Sequence record: MT713136.1
Direction: 5' to 3' (one strand)
Length of the DNA stretch: 64,000 nt
Shown here: positions 9,634 through 19,039 of the stretch, in pieces
Position numbering within the stretch: position 1 is the stretch's first letter
Layout: the number at the start of each line of letters is the position of its first letter
Translations under genes and position numbers: made by a program
Notes under the pieces: model-generated
What the model was told of the DNA's origin: nothing
The model's database searches: none
Seen by the model: only the letters and a program-made list of their open reading frames with translations

Positions 9634-10017
9634 TTATTCCTTTTCAATTTTCCAGTTGATGATGAGATTATCTAACGTACTCACCTTTTTGTCACCGCGA
9701 TTATAACCTATATGTTCATAGAAGTCCCATACACTATCAAAATAAATTTCTTGATTTTTGTAGTAGTCTGTTTCACCTATGGCTTTATTCATCCGTTCAT
9801 TATTACCGGAATCACATGGATCATATCGACCAAATACGCCCTTGTCAATAACACCCATATGTTTATCATACCATCTGTTTAGGATACGACCGACAAACCC
9901 CTCAATAGAGGTAAGTTGACGATACCAACCTCCTTTTGGATGTCCGTCATAAATCCGGATCCGATATAGCTGTGTTATCGGGTGTTCATAAAATTTATAA
10001 GTATAAACCTTATCCAT
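9634..10017 (-). CDS. hypothetical protein
   Basis: ORF. Confidence 0.7.
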   Translation of the reverse strand: MDKVYTYKFYEHPITQLYRIRIYDGHPKGGWYRQLTSIEGFVGRILNRWYDKHMGVIDKGVFGRYDPCDSGNNERMNKAIGETDYYKNQEIYFDSVWDFYEHIGYNRGDKKVSTLDNLIINWKIEKE

Positions 10018-10110
10018 TACTGAGTTCCTTTAGGATCCTCTGACTTTCATTAATCATATTTTGTTTCTGATTAAAAACCAAGAACTCCACAAAGTATAGC
10101 ATTGATTTGT

Positions 10111-10213
10111 AATCAAAGTATAAAATCTCTATAAGTATTTATATAGAAGATCTATAATTAGAAAGTGAGCGAAGCGAACAGGCGGCTACGCCGTCTCACT
10201 ACGTTCGAGATCT
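10111..10213. repeat. structured intergenic repeat, copy 1 (AT-rich half + GAGCGAAGCGAAC core + hairpin)
   Basis: 56 bp identical to 47098-47153; right half identical to 30854-30913 except for a TG indel. Confidence 0.9.
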
Positions 10214-10253
10214 ATTTATTTATAATGCTATTTAGGTGTGTTAAAATATCATC

Positions 10254-10814
10254 ATGAAAAGGAAAATTGTAACTCTTATAGGAACCAGATATCCTAACGA
10301 AGAGTATAAACAGTTGATGATAAGAATTGGAAAAGCTTTTTCTGATCGTGGTTATGGTGCTAGATCTGGTGGTGCCATTGGTTCTGATACGCTTTTCCTA
10401 ACCGAATATGACCCAGCATTAACCATTGTATATCGTCCTGATGATAGACCCGGTTGTGTTAATGTCAAAAATCATGAAAACTATTATGAATTTGAATTGC
10501 TTGCTTCCCGTGTTCATGGGTCTGGTATTGGATGGGAATTTATGCCAATTGGTCACCAAGAATTACACGCTAGGAACGTTCCTCAAGTCATGGGATTAAA
10601 TCTCAAGTCTTATTCTGACTTAGTTGTATTTTGTGCGGAAGAATCGATACATGGTACTGTATCTGGTGGAACTGCTACTGCGGTTAAAATAGCAAGAAGC
10701 CTAAATATACCTACCCTAAACATTATGAACCCGGTTCAAAGATCAAAACTTTGTAAGTGGTTAGGTATTGATGATATACCAGTATTAGAAAAGGTTGACA
10801 TTTTCAATCTCTAA
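10254..10814 (+). CDS. DprA/Smf-like SLOG-superfamily protein
   Basis: IGTR, RSGGAIGSD, HARN..QV.G, GGTATAV..A....IP motifs. Confidence 0.7.
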   Translation: MKRKIVTLIGTRYPNEEYKQLMIRIGKAFSDRGYGARSGGAIGSDTLFLTEYDPALTIVYRPDDRPGCVNVKNHENYYEFELLASRVHGSGIGWEFMPIGHQELHARNVPQVMGLNLKSYSDLVVFCAEESIHGTVSGGTATAVKIARSLNIPTLNIMNPVQRSKLCKWLGIDDIPVLEKVDIFNL

Positions 10815-10846
10815 ATATTGTTGTGGAATAATAACAATAAACGAGG

Positions 10847-11197
10847 TTGAAAATGAAAAGCTCACCACGTAAGATCGCCAGAACTGCGCATGATGCGATT
10901 CGACGGTTTAATTTAATACTAGGCGACACCGATACATTGTGGAAAGAAGAACCAGAAAAAGTTAAACGGGTTTGGACTAAACATGTAACATATATAATCG
11001 ACCACCCTGATTCTGACGCTCGAACTGTTCATGAGCTTTGGAGAAATTATAAAGAGGGAGAAGGTTGGATATTTGGTGAAGATAAATCTAGAGACGAGAA
11101 AACCCACCCATGTTTGACATCTTACGATGAACTACATGAAATAGAAAAGATGAAATATTATATTTTCATCGAAACTGTTCTTGAGCAATCAAAATAA
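10847..11197 (+). CDS. RyR-domain protein
   Basis: HELW...K..EGWIFGEDK....KTHPCLTSYDEL..IEKMK motif. Confidence 0.8.
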   Translation: MKMKSSPRKIARTAHDAIRRFNLILGDTDTLWKEEPEKVKRVWTKHVTYIIDHPDSDARTVHELWRNYKEGEGWIFGEDKSRDEKTHPCLTSYDELHEIEKMKYYIFIETVLEQSK

Positions 11198-11233
11198 AAA
11201 AGCCCCGACCTAAAAAGGTTGGGGCTTTCTTTT
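11196..11233. terminator. bidirectional rho-independent terminator
   Basis: AGCCCC...GGGGCT stem flanked by A/T runs between convergent genes. Confidence 0.75.
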
Positions 11234-11275
11234 ATCCAGAATAAAGCTTCTACGTCTTTTTATCTGGAAAATTAA

Positions 11276-12505
11276 TTATGCGTAATCTTTCATTTCGACC
11301 ATGCACATACGAGCCAATTGAGACTTGTTGGCGGCACCTACCCAATCTTCCCCATCATATACCTTAGCCGGGTTGGATTCAATTTTTCTGAAATCTGGGC
11401 TAGTAGATAGAGCGTATCTTGAGATAATACCAACTACAGGTTGTAGTGCGTCCGGATCGGCAGCAACCATAAAAGTTCCTGCTTCATCTTCTTCTATATA
11501 CGGACTGTAATAAACTGCACTTACTGTATCAACACTATCATCAAATTTAGCTTTAACACCAACCAGCATATAATGGACTGGTGTTTTTGTATCAACAATC
11601 AATTTCATTTTAGTACCGATAATTCGGTGTTGGTCGTCAACTAGTCCAGACGTTTGAATAAGTGCAGCTACATGAGCAGAAGCAAGAATATAAGTTGGTT
11701 TAAACGTGGTATCTAAAGTAATTTGAGCCGCCATACGACACGCCCGAGCAACAAGATCACGACCAGCAAAATATTCGGTGGTTGCTACATTGTACGGGGT
11801 TGCTTTAACTTCTTTAGATGCAACGGTTACCAGCTTCATGATAATATCGCTGTTAATTTCTTCTGCGATGGCAACAGACAATAGATCTTCTACTGCGGCA
11901 TCACCATCCATATTCATACCACCCATATCTTGAAGAAGTTCTAGGGTGATGTTAGATTTTAGTTTGCGACTACGAACAACGGATTTCCATTTGTTCATTA
12001 CATATCTGGTTTTTTGGATTTCTTTATCTTCTTGTGTGTTCGGTACAATTGCGTCAACAACAAGACGAAGGTTACCAGTAAAGACATTCTCAAAAAGAGA
12101 ATTCAAATCACCGGAGTAATCACCATCATTGATAACTTGGAACACATAACCTTCACTGGCAAAATATGTTTTTGATACCATACCAGCACTACCAGCGGGT
12201 AATGCAGCAACGGCGGCCATATCAAATTCACCACCATAATTACGGTTGTCAAGGTTAATATCCCGATGACTTTGATTGTCTTCGCTAATATACTCGTAAC
12301 GTACACCAAATACGTTTGCTACTGGGTCTGTAGTTGGTTGAACACCAGCAAGCTCATCATAAATTTTATTAAATGTTTTGCGAGTTAGTGAAACTAAAGA
12401 AGGGCGACCCGTTACGATATCACCACTACTAGATTCAACCAACCGCCCGGACATACCAGACTCTTTAATTAGGTCTTGTATTTTTTTGGAGACTACTTTA
12501 GCCAT
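11276..12505 (-). CDS. 24: capsid vertex protein gp24
   Basis: gp23-paralog motifs (RKLKSNITLELLQD, YYSPY, RYAL), immediately downstream of gp23. Confidence 0.9.
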   Translation of the reverse strand: MAKVVSKKIQDLIKESGMSGRLVESSSGDIVTGRPSLVSLTRKTFNKIYDELAGVQPTTDPVANVFGVRYEYISEDNQSHRDINLDNRNYGGEFDMAAVAALPAGSAGMVSKTYFASEGYVFQVINDGDYSGDLNSLFENVFTGNLRLVVDAIVPNTQEDKEIQKTRYVMNKWKSVVRSRKLKSNITLELLQDMGGMNMDGDAAVEDLLSVAIAEEINSDIIMKLVTVASKEVKATPYNVATTEYFAGRDLVARACRMAAQITLDTTFKPTYILASAHVAALIQTSGLVDDQHRIIGTKMKLIVDTKTPVHYMLVGVKAKFDDSVDTVSAVYYSPYIEEDEAGTFMVAADPDALQPVVGIISRYALSTSPDFRKIESNPAKVYDGEDWVGAANKSQLARMCMVEMKDYA

Positions 12506-12528
12506 TTTTAAGATTCCTCTTTTTCTTT

Positions 12529-12582
12529 TATTTAGGGCTCATTCATTGGTTGACTGTATGAACTCTATCTAGTATTATTTAG
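12529..12582 (-). promoter_or_regulatory. two candidate late promoters (CTAAATA) upstream of gp24
   Basis: CTAAATA on minus strand at 12529-12535 and 12576-12582. Confidence 0.55.
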
Positions 12583-12598
12583 ACCAGTAAGAAAAACG

Positions 12599-12628
12599 AA
12601 AAGGGAACCCGAAGGTTCCCTTATTTTT
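12599..12628 (-). terminator. terminator after gp23
   Basis: AAGGGAACC-CGAA-GGTTCCCTT stem-loop. Confidence 0.75.
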
Positions 12629-12638
12629 GGATTTGCTA

Positions 12639-14321
12639 TTAGGCACCCAGAACACGTACACGACGGTAGAAGGAGTTCTTACCGAAGATTGCAGCACCCG
12701 GCATACCGGAAGTGATCTTGGAGAAGCCTTTGTTCTTGGAACCGTCAGCGAACGGGTGCAGTTTAACACCGTAACGGGTCTTGAAGCCAAGAATGGTAGC
12801 GAAGGACTTAGGATCCACACCACGCAGCGGGCTCAACGGGATGTATGGGCAGTAGTACAGACCCGCATCCAGTTCGGAGCTACCCTTGAAGCCTACAGTG
12901 AAGTAATCTTCAACAGCGTACTGGTCGATGAAGACACGATACTTACCAGCCAGAACACCAGCGAACTGAGATACGGAGGTATCAGTGTTCAGCTTGGTAG
13001 TACCAGCAGCAGCCGGAGAAACCAGTTGGTCGGTGGAACCGAGCATTACGGCAACGTTACGGGAACAGATTACGAAGTTACCGTTACCACGACCGGTTTG
13101 ACGACCGATTTCAGCAGCTTCCTTATCGATTTGGGTAACCAGAGCCTTGGCGCTCTCACCTTGCCAACGAGCACCACGAACGTCGTTCGGGTCGGCAAAG
13201 TTGAAGACACCAGCTTGACCACCATGTTGGTTAGTCCAACCGGTCTTACCAATTTGAGCGGTAGCGTTGATCCACAGGATCATTTCACGGTTGATTTCCA
13301 GCATGATTTCGTTAGCCAGAATGCTGGACAGTTCGCTGTCTGCATCCAGACCGTGAACGTTACGCAGGTCCTGAGCCAGTTCGATAGAGTACTGAGCTTT
13401 CAGTTGACGAGCCTTAGCTTCAACTACTTGCTTATCAATACGGAAACTCATTTCAGGCCACGGGTTATTGCTGGAACCATTAAAGTTCTCTTGCAGTTCC
13501 GCCATGGAGGTAGCCATACCTTCACCGATTTCAACCGCGATCTTGTCGTGGATCAGTTTCAGGTAACCAGCGGTTTTAGCGTCAGCAGCAGTACCAGCAG
13601 TATAAGCGGTAACGAACTGAACAACCTTAGTACCGGAGTTGGAATAAGCGTCTACTTCTTCATCCAGTTGGAAGCGAGCCAGATCACCGATTGCATAGGT
13701 TCCGTCTTTATCAAAAGCAGGAATCAGCGGGGCAGTGGCACCACGACCAGAGAAGCTGGAATCAGGTGCATATTGCGGGTGGAAAGCTTCGCGAGCTTGA
13801 GCATCCAGCGCATCAGTACCATAGATGGCACGAAGGGTGAATACCTGACCAGCGGAAGAGGTCATCGGCTGAACACCACAGATATCAAAGGCAATCAGGT
13901 TGCTGATAGCACGACGAGCCAGACCCATAACAGCCGGACCGACGTTGGTGATGTTACCGGAAGCTTCACCAGAGGCGATCTTAACAGCATCATAACCGTG
14001 GTCACCGACGATGTTAGCTTCGGTTAGCATGGTTTCCATCTCTTCACCGGTCAGTTCGCGACCTTCTGCCAGAGCAGCGGCTTGAGCTTCGTTCAGCATC
14101 TTTTTGGCTTCTGCCAGTTGAGCTTTACGACCTTGAACGTCAACCATGGAGTCGATTACGGTTTGGTCGGTATATGCAGCACCGTCGTTACTCTTGATGT
14201 CTTCATATTGGTTTTCCATCAGACGAGCGACGATATCCTTGCGCTTCATGGTAGCAATTTCCGGCATACCTTCTTTTTCAAGCAGCGGTTTCCACTTAGC
14301 GATAATAGCGGTCTTAGACAT
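12639..14321 (-). CDS. 23: major capsid protein gp23
   Basis: KWKPLLE, GVQPM, EMSFRIDKQVVEAK.RQLKAQYSIELAQDLR.VHGLDAD, GFKTRYG. Confidence 0.98.
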   Translation of the reverse strand: MSKTAIIAKWKPLLEKEGMPEIATMKRKDIVARLMENQYEDIKSNDGAAYTDQTVIDSMVDVQGRKAQLAEAKKMLNEAQAAALAEGRELTGEEMETMLTEANIVGDHGYDAVKIASGEASGNITNVGPAVMGLARRAISNLIAFDICGVQPMTSSAGQVFTLRAIYGTDALDAQAREAFHPQYAPDSSFSGRGATAPLIPAFDKDGTYAIGDLARFQLDEEVDAYSNSGTKVVQFVTAYTAGTAADAKTAGYLKLIHDKIAVEIGEGMATSMAELQENFNGSSNNPWPEMSFRIDKQVVEAKARQLKAQYSIELAQDLRNVHGLDADSELSSILANEIMLEINREMILWINATAQIGKTGWTNQHGGQAGVFNFADPNDVRGARWQGESAKALVTQIDKEAAEIGRQTGRGNGNFVICSRNVAVMLGSTDQLVSPAAAGTTKLNTDTSVSQFAGVLAGKYRVFIDQYAVEDYFTVGFKGSSELDAGLYYCPYIPLSPLRGVDPKSFATILGFKTRYGVKLHPFADGSKNKGFSKITSGMPGAAIFGKNSFYRRVRVLGA

Positions 14322-14359
14322 TTTTGTTTTCCTTTTTGGATTTGAAATTTAATTTTCGG

Positions 14360-14479
14360 GGAGAAGAACCATTTCTTCTTTCCCACTACTTTACAAGGTC
14401 CCAACTCATCTTCATTTATATACCTGATCATTTCAGCTTTTTGTTCTTCCGACGCAAACCACACTTTATATTTAAACAT
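14360..14479 (-). pseudogene. hypothetical protein, probably 3'-truncated at a junction
   Basis: MFKYKVWFASEEQ...KKKWFF then reads out of frame over the gp23 start. Confidence 0.4.
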
Positions 14480-14486
14480 ATACACC

Positions 14487-14780
14487 TCAAAATTCTAAAA
14501 ATCGATCAACCAATTTACCATTTTCATCACGAATACCACCCAACCCTTTATTGATCAGATGGATATCACCAGTATACTTAACAACTCTGTCATAGTCTCG
14601 GTTATGACGGTTGTTCAACCACATTTCATAGTACCCCTGTTCATGCTTATGAACATAGTAGAACCAACATTTCTTCTCACCTAGCTTAAACACACGACCC
14701 AATAACAGGGTAGAACCGTTGTCCATACCGTGGACGATATAATCACCGACCACAAGCTCATTACCAAACATATCAACCAT
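14487..14780 (-). CDS. hypothetical protein
   Basis: GAGG SD. Confidence 0.7.
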   Translation of the reverse strand: MVDMFGNELVVGDYIVHGMDNGSTLLLGRVFKLGEKKCWFYYVHKHEQGYYEMWLNNRHNRDYDRVVKYTGDIHLINKGLGGIRDENGKLVDRFLEF

Positions 14781-14834
14781 TTTATTTCCTCATAACGAAA
14801 AAGGGAACCCCGAAGGATTCCCTATAGTTTACTA

Positions 14835-15788
14835 TTATTCACGAGCATTAGTCAACAGAAGTTTTGACTTAATCTTAGTGATTTGGTTCTTGCGACCACG
14901 CCAGTGTTTACCACAGTGGGTACACTTATACTGCTTGAACTTACTGACTTCTGTATACGCAAATCCAGCATCTTCAAACTCATGATTTCCACATACGCAA
15001 GTGAATTTGTCTGAATCTGTATAAAGAGAGAAGTTCGGAAGACGATCCGACCATGGAGCCAATTTAACATATAGTTCTTGGAGAGATACGATATCATCAA
15101 TATTATATTCTTCCATCTCTTTCCAAGCTTCGATATTACCAGCCAAGCATTCTTTCCACAATTCAAAACCGGGGAATTGAGTATGTTTAGATTTCTTGGT
15201 TTCTGTGCATAGCTTATCGGTCATATATTCCAGCTTGTTGGAAGTAAAACCAAACGTGCGTTTTGCGATCTCAAGAGTATCAATATGCTTCACGGTAGAG
15301 AACGGTTTCATACCATGAACGATCATACGACTGCGAATTTTTGGAATATCAAACCGACGACCATTCTGATGAAGAACGATATCAGCTTCGTCAAGAAGCT
15401 CCCATAGAACTTTCAGCATTTCTGAATCATCTTCGATATTTGGTGCATTTCGCTGGTCCATATAAATGATTTCATCACTGTCAAACCATTTAGCAGCAAA
15501 ACTAAGCATATACCAATCGGACTCGATCATATTCAGACCAACGTTGGTCTTAAACAAGCGCCATACATGAGCCATAATCGGAGCGGTTTCAATATCCAGA
15601 ACTAGAACACGGGGACCGGTTTTGATATCGTCCACAATATTGTTCTCTTCCATGAAACGCTCGTAATAATAGTTTACGGAAGATTTAGAAATACCAAGTT
15701 CTTTCGCAATTGCTCGCGAACCCATACCCTTGTTCTCTTTCATCTCAACAATCTGTGAGATTACGGTTTCGTAATTACTGATAGCCAT
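14835..15788 (-). CDS. HTH + DnaQ/RNase H-like 3'-5' exonuclease + C-terminal zinc ribbon
   Basis: SRAIAKELGISKSSV HTH; LDIETAP, HQNGRRFD, YNIDD; CVCG...CTHCG. Confidence 0.8.
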   Translation of the reverse strand: MAISNYETVISQIVEMKENKGMGSRAIAKELGISKSSVNYYYERFMEENNIVDDIKTGPRVLVLDIETAPIMAHVWRLFKTNVGLNMIESDWYMLSFAAKWFDSDEIIYMDQRNAPNIEDDSEMLKVLWELLDEADIVLHQNGRRFDIPKIRSRMIVHGMKPFSTVKHIDTLEIAKRTFGFTSNKLEYMTDKLCTETKKSKHTQFPGFELWKECLAGNIEAWKEMEEYNIDDIVSLQELYVKLAPWSDRLPNFSLYTDSDKFTCVCGNHEFEDAGFAYTEVSKFKQYKCTHCGKHWRGRKNQITKIKSKLLLTNARE

Positions 15789-15893
15789 TATTTAAAGTAC
15801 CTTATGTGTTTTGTTATAAACATTATATATCACAATGTACTCATGTTTTGATTTTTATTTTCTCATATGTTAAAAGGGGATTTCTCCCCTTAT

Positions 15894-17087
15894 TTAGAAC
15901 TCGTGAGTTACGTCTGAGATTACTTCATAAGTCCAAGTACGAAGTTTCGCATTGTCGTAATCAGTTGGGATAGCAACGACGTGGGCTGGGTTGATCTTAA
16001 CCATCACAACCCGGTCATTCTCACAAGATGAATAGTATGGGATGTAGTGACGAGCAGCAGCATGAAGACCCGCAGCACAAGTATTGTTTCGGTCGTCATC
16101 TACCTCAAATGGCTCGACTCGTGGCTTAGAACCAATACTATTATCAAACGTGTGGGTGCGGATATCCTTATAATCCTCGGTAACGCGCTTGTACGCTAGG
16201 AAATGACCATCGTTGGTGATTTTGATGTCACTATGAGTCAGGAAGTCAAAAAGCTCGTATACAGCCGCACGGCGCGGATTCTGTAACAGGTTTTTCAGGA
16301 AGGTAACCATATACTCAAACTCTTCCCCGGACGCCCACATATCAATGATTCTTCGGGTCATCGATGTATCAAGAACAATATCACGATAGTAGAGTGTGTC
16401 GCCTTCAATCCGAATATCACCAGAAGAATAGGTTTTGATTGCTTCTTTGATAGAAATCAGGTTTACCGCACCGACCACATCATTGTCGCGGATCAGGAGT
16501 TGAAACGCATCTTCAAACCGTGGGTGGGCTCGGTCTGCAACGTATGGGGTTCCATCAATGAAGCAGTTAATAAAGTCATAACTTGCATTCCAAGATACCA
16601 CGGGGGTATGAACCGGTTCGATTATTTCCTTCAAATGGATTGTTTTATCCGACTTCTTCTGAATTCCCTTATAGCGACGAACTACATCACCTACTGTTGA
16701 ACGAGGGATACCAGTTTGACGGGAAATTTCGTTTTGGCTGATTCCGCGATTATGAAGTCGGATAATTTTATCATCACGACTTTCTTCGACTTTATTTTCA
16801 GAATAATCATGTACATCAAATTGCAAATCGATTTTATTAGTCCCAACCATCAATTTAATCAATTCTTTAATTGTAAGGGCTTCCCATCCTTCAAGTACAT
16901 CGAGATCGCCAAGATCTATATCAAGTTCTTCCTCGATATACATAACAAGTTCTACAACATCGAGATCGTCTAGGTTGTAATATGCAAAAGTTCTGTTGTT
17001 GTCAAGTTCTTTTACTTTATAACCGGTTACATCGTAAATACCGCTACGAATCAATGCTTCAAGTTTTTCAATATGGATAGTTTCCAT
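15894..17087 (-). CDS. rIIB: rIIB protein with N-terminal ACP-like domain and HTH
   Basis: C-terminus LYDF-like/GHFLAYKRV/CAAGLH/KLRTWTYEV typical of rIIB; downstream of rIIA. Confidence 0.88.
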   Translation of the reverse strand: METIHIEKLEALIRSGIYDVTGYKVKELDNNRTFAYYNLDDLDVVELVMYIEEELDIDLGDLDVLEGWEALTIKELIKLMVGTNKIDLQFDVHDYSENKVEESRDDKIIRLHNRGISQNEISRQTGIPRSTVGDVVRRYKGIQKKSDKTIHLKEIIEPVHTPVVSWNASYDFINCFIDGTPYVADRAHPRFEDAFQLLIRDNDVVGAVNLISIKEAIKTYSSGDIRIEGDTLYYRDIVLDTSMTRRIIDMWASGEEFEYMVTFLKNLLQNPRRAAVYELFDFLTHSDIKITNDGHFLAYKRVTEDYKDIRTHTFDNSIGSKPRVEPFEVDDDRNNTCAAGLHAAARHYIPYYSSCENDRVVMVKINPAHVVAIPTDYDNAKLRTWTYEVISDVTHEF

Positions 17088-17111
17088 TTTATTTCCTCAT
17101 TAAAAAGGGGC

Positions 17112-18565
17112 TTACACCCCTTTGTAGTTTTCCATAATAAGTTTAGTTGCAAGTTCGAACTCTTCGTTTTTTACACAACTATAATTTTTCTTCAACCTAA
17201 GAATCGCACATTCCATGGGGAATTGCTTTTTCATTTCGTCATAAAAATTATGATATACATCATACATACTCTGACGATGGTTTTCAACAACATCGGTATA
17301 AACTTGATATTCATGTTCAGTCAAATATTCTTGAGCATGAACATAAATATTACCAAGATCATGATCCCAATCACCGGATTCCGAGATACCAAAATAGTCC
17401 TTCATTTCCCGAGTAATTTCCATATCGACCCTTGGCTTATCAGACCTATTGATATTCCAACCAATTTTATTACCCTTTAAATTGTTATTGAGATATTCAA
17501 CAAGTTTACCTTTGATCATTTCCTTTGTAATGAGAGTCAAATTCTCATTCATGTTAGCCCGTCGTTCAAGGGTTTTCGGAAATGCATACAACGTTGTATC
17601 AAACATCTCAGATAACCAACTTTGAAGTCCATCTGTAACTTCATGACCATCAACAACAATATATTCGCCAGAACGAAGACCATACAGCCCACTAAGCTCG
17701 TGTACATCCTTGGCAAGGAAATTGCCAGTACTGCGATACCCTTTATTATAATAATGCGAGTTGTCTGGTTTGTAACGTGGAGTTTTAGCCCTATTCCGCT
17801 GTGCTTCTAAACGACGTTGGCGCTTCTCTTCTGCTTCTTTCTCTTCAATTTCTTGAACGTGCTTATCATACAACTTCTCTACATGAAAAACATCGATATC
17901 GTCTTTGTGGTAACGCTTTGCAATCTGGATAAAGAGATTTCGAGTTACATTCTTGAAAGGTTTGCGAGAATAAGGGTAATCGCTCATAACAACAACCCGT
18001 TCATTAGGAATGATACCATACTTCATAAGAAGCTTGATCCTTACCTTCCACTTACCATCCATATTAGACAGAAGGATTGGGAATGGATATCGCTTATTCT
18101 TTACTGACGGCATGAAATAGTCATTAAACTCGATTTTACGAGACGACCCGTAATATCTTGCACGTTCAAGATTCCAAACATTTCGCACCGCATTACTAAA
18201 TGTATCGATATAAACGAAATTTTTGTTTTTATAACTGTAATCCACACAGAAATCTTTAAACAAAGACCATTCTTTCGAAGATGTAATACTTTCGTAGAAG
18301 AAGCGCCAATCTTGAAGAGACTTGCCGTTATGGTCAATAATCTTTGATACTTTGTTAAAGATATGCTCACCAAAATCCATAGACAAAATAGCATGAATTT
18401 TACTTCGAGCATCCTTTCCATGTTCAGAAACCTTTTTATTGACTTCATCAATAACTTGGTCCGATTGGGATTTAAAATAAGAATTCAGTGTATTCAGTGT
18501 GTGTTTATCAAGACTCAATTCTTCCCGGTTCGGGAGAGGATTGAGAGACCCAACAGGATATTTTG
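17112..18565 (-). pseudogene. rIIA: rIIA lacking the N-terminal ATPase region
   Basis: Frame extends to YPVGSLNPLPNREELSLD (T4 FPMGSLDIAPSREALSLD), preceded by a stop. Confidence 0.8.
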
Positions 18566-19039
18566 AGCAAATTCATTGTAAGAAAATATATCGTATCTGG
18601 TTCTCCCAGACCAGAAGTTGTTTCCTATGATTTATATGGGGATACGAAATATTATTGGATCCTACTATTTCTTAACCAAGTATACGATCCTTTTTATGAT
18701 TGGATATGTGAGGAAGAAATAGTTCATCAATATACAGCACAAAAATATAAAAACCTTCCAGCAAAAGAGGGAACTGTTTTATATCATATTGATGAAAATG
18801 GCGAGATGTATTTTCGTATGAAAGAATATCCGGTTGGTTCTGGTGTTTGGTATGATGAAGGGGATACCGCCCATCTATATAAACAGTATGTCGGGACTTT
18901 AGTCCCTGTTACTGCAATAGAACATGAATTAGCAACCAACGAATCCAAGAGAACCATAAACGTTTTAAATCCGTCAGATTTGGGTAGGTTTATGGATGAA
19001 TACACAAGATTAATGGAGCGTATCCGTGGGAATAAGTAG
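18561..19039 (+). pseudogene. 53: baseplate wedge gp53, C-terminal part
   Basis: GSPRPE...YG...YWILL..N..YDPFYDWI; N-terminus lies at 34486. Confidence 0.88.

Noticed and set aside
12627-14027. 466-aa plus-strand ORF
   Set aside because: Antisense shadow of gp23 caused by its codon bias; no SD or motifs.
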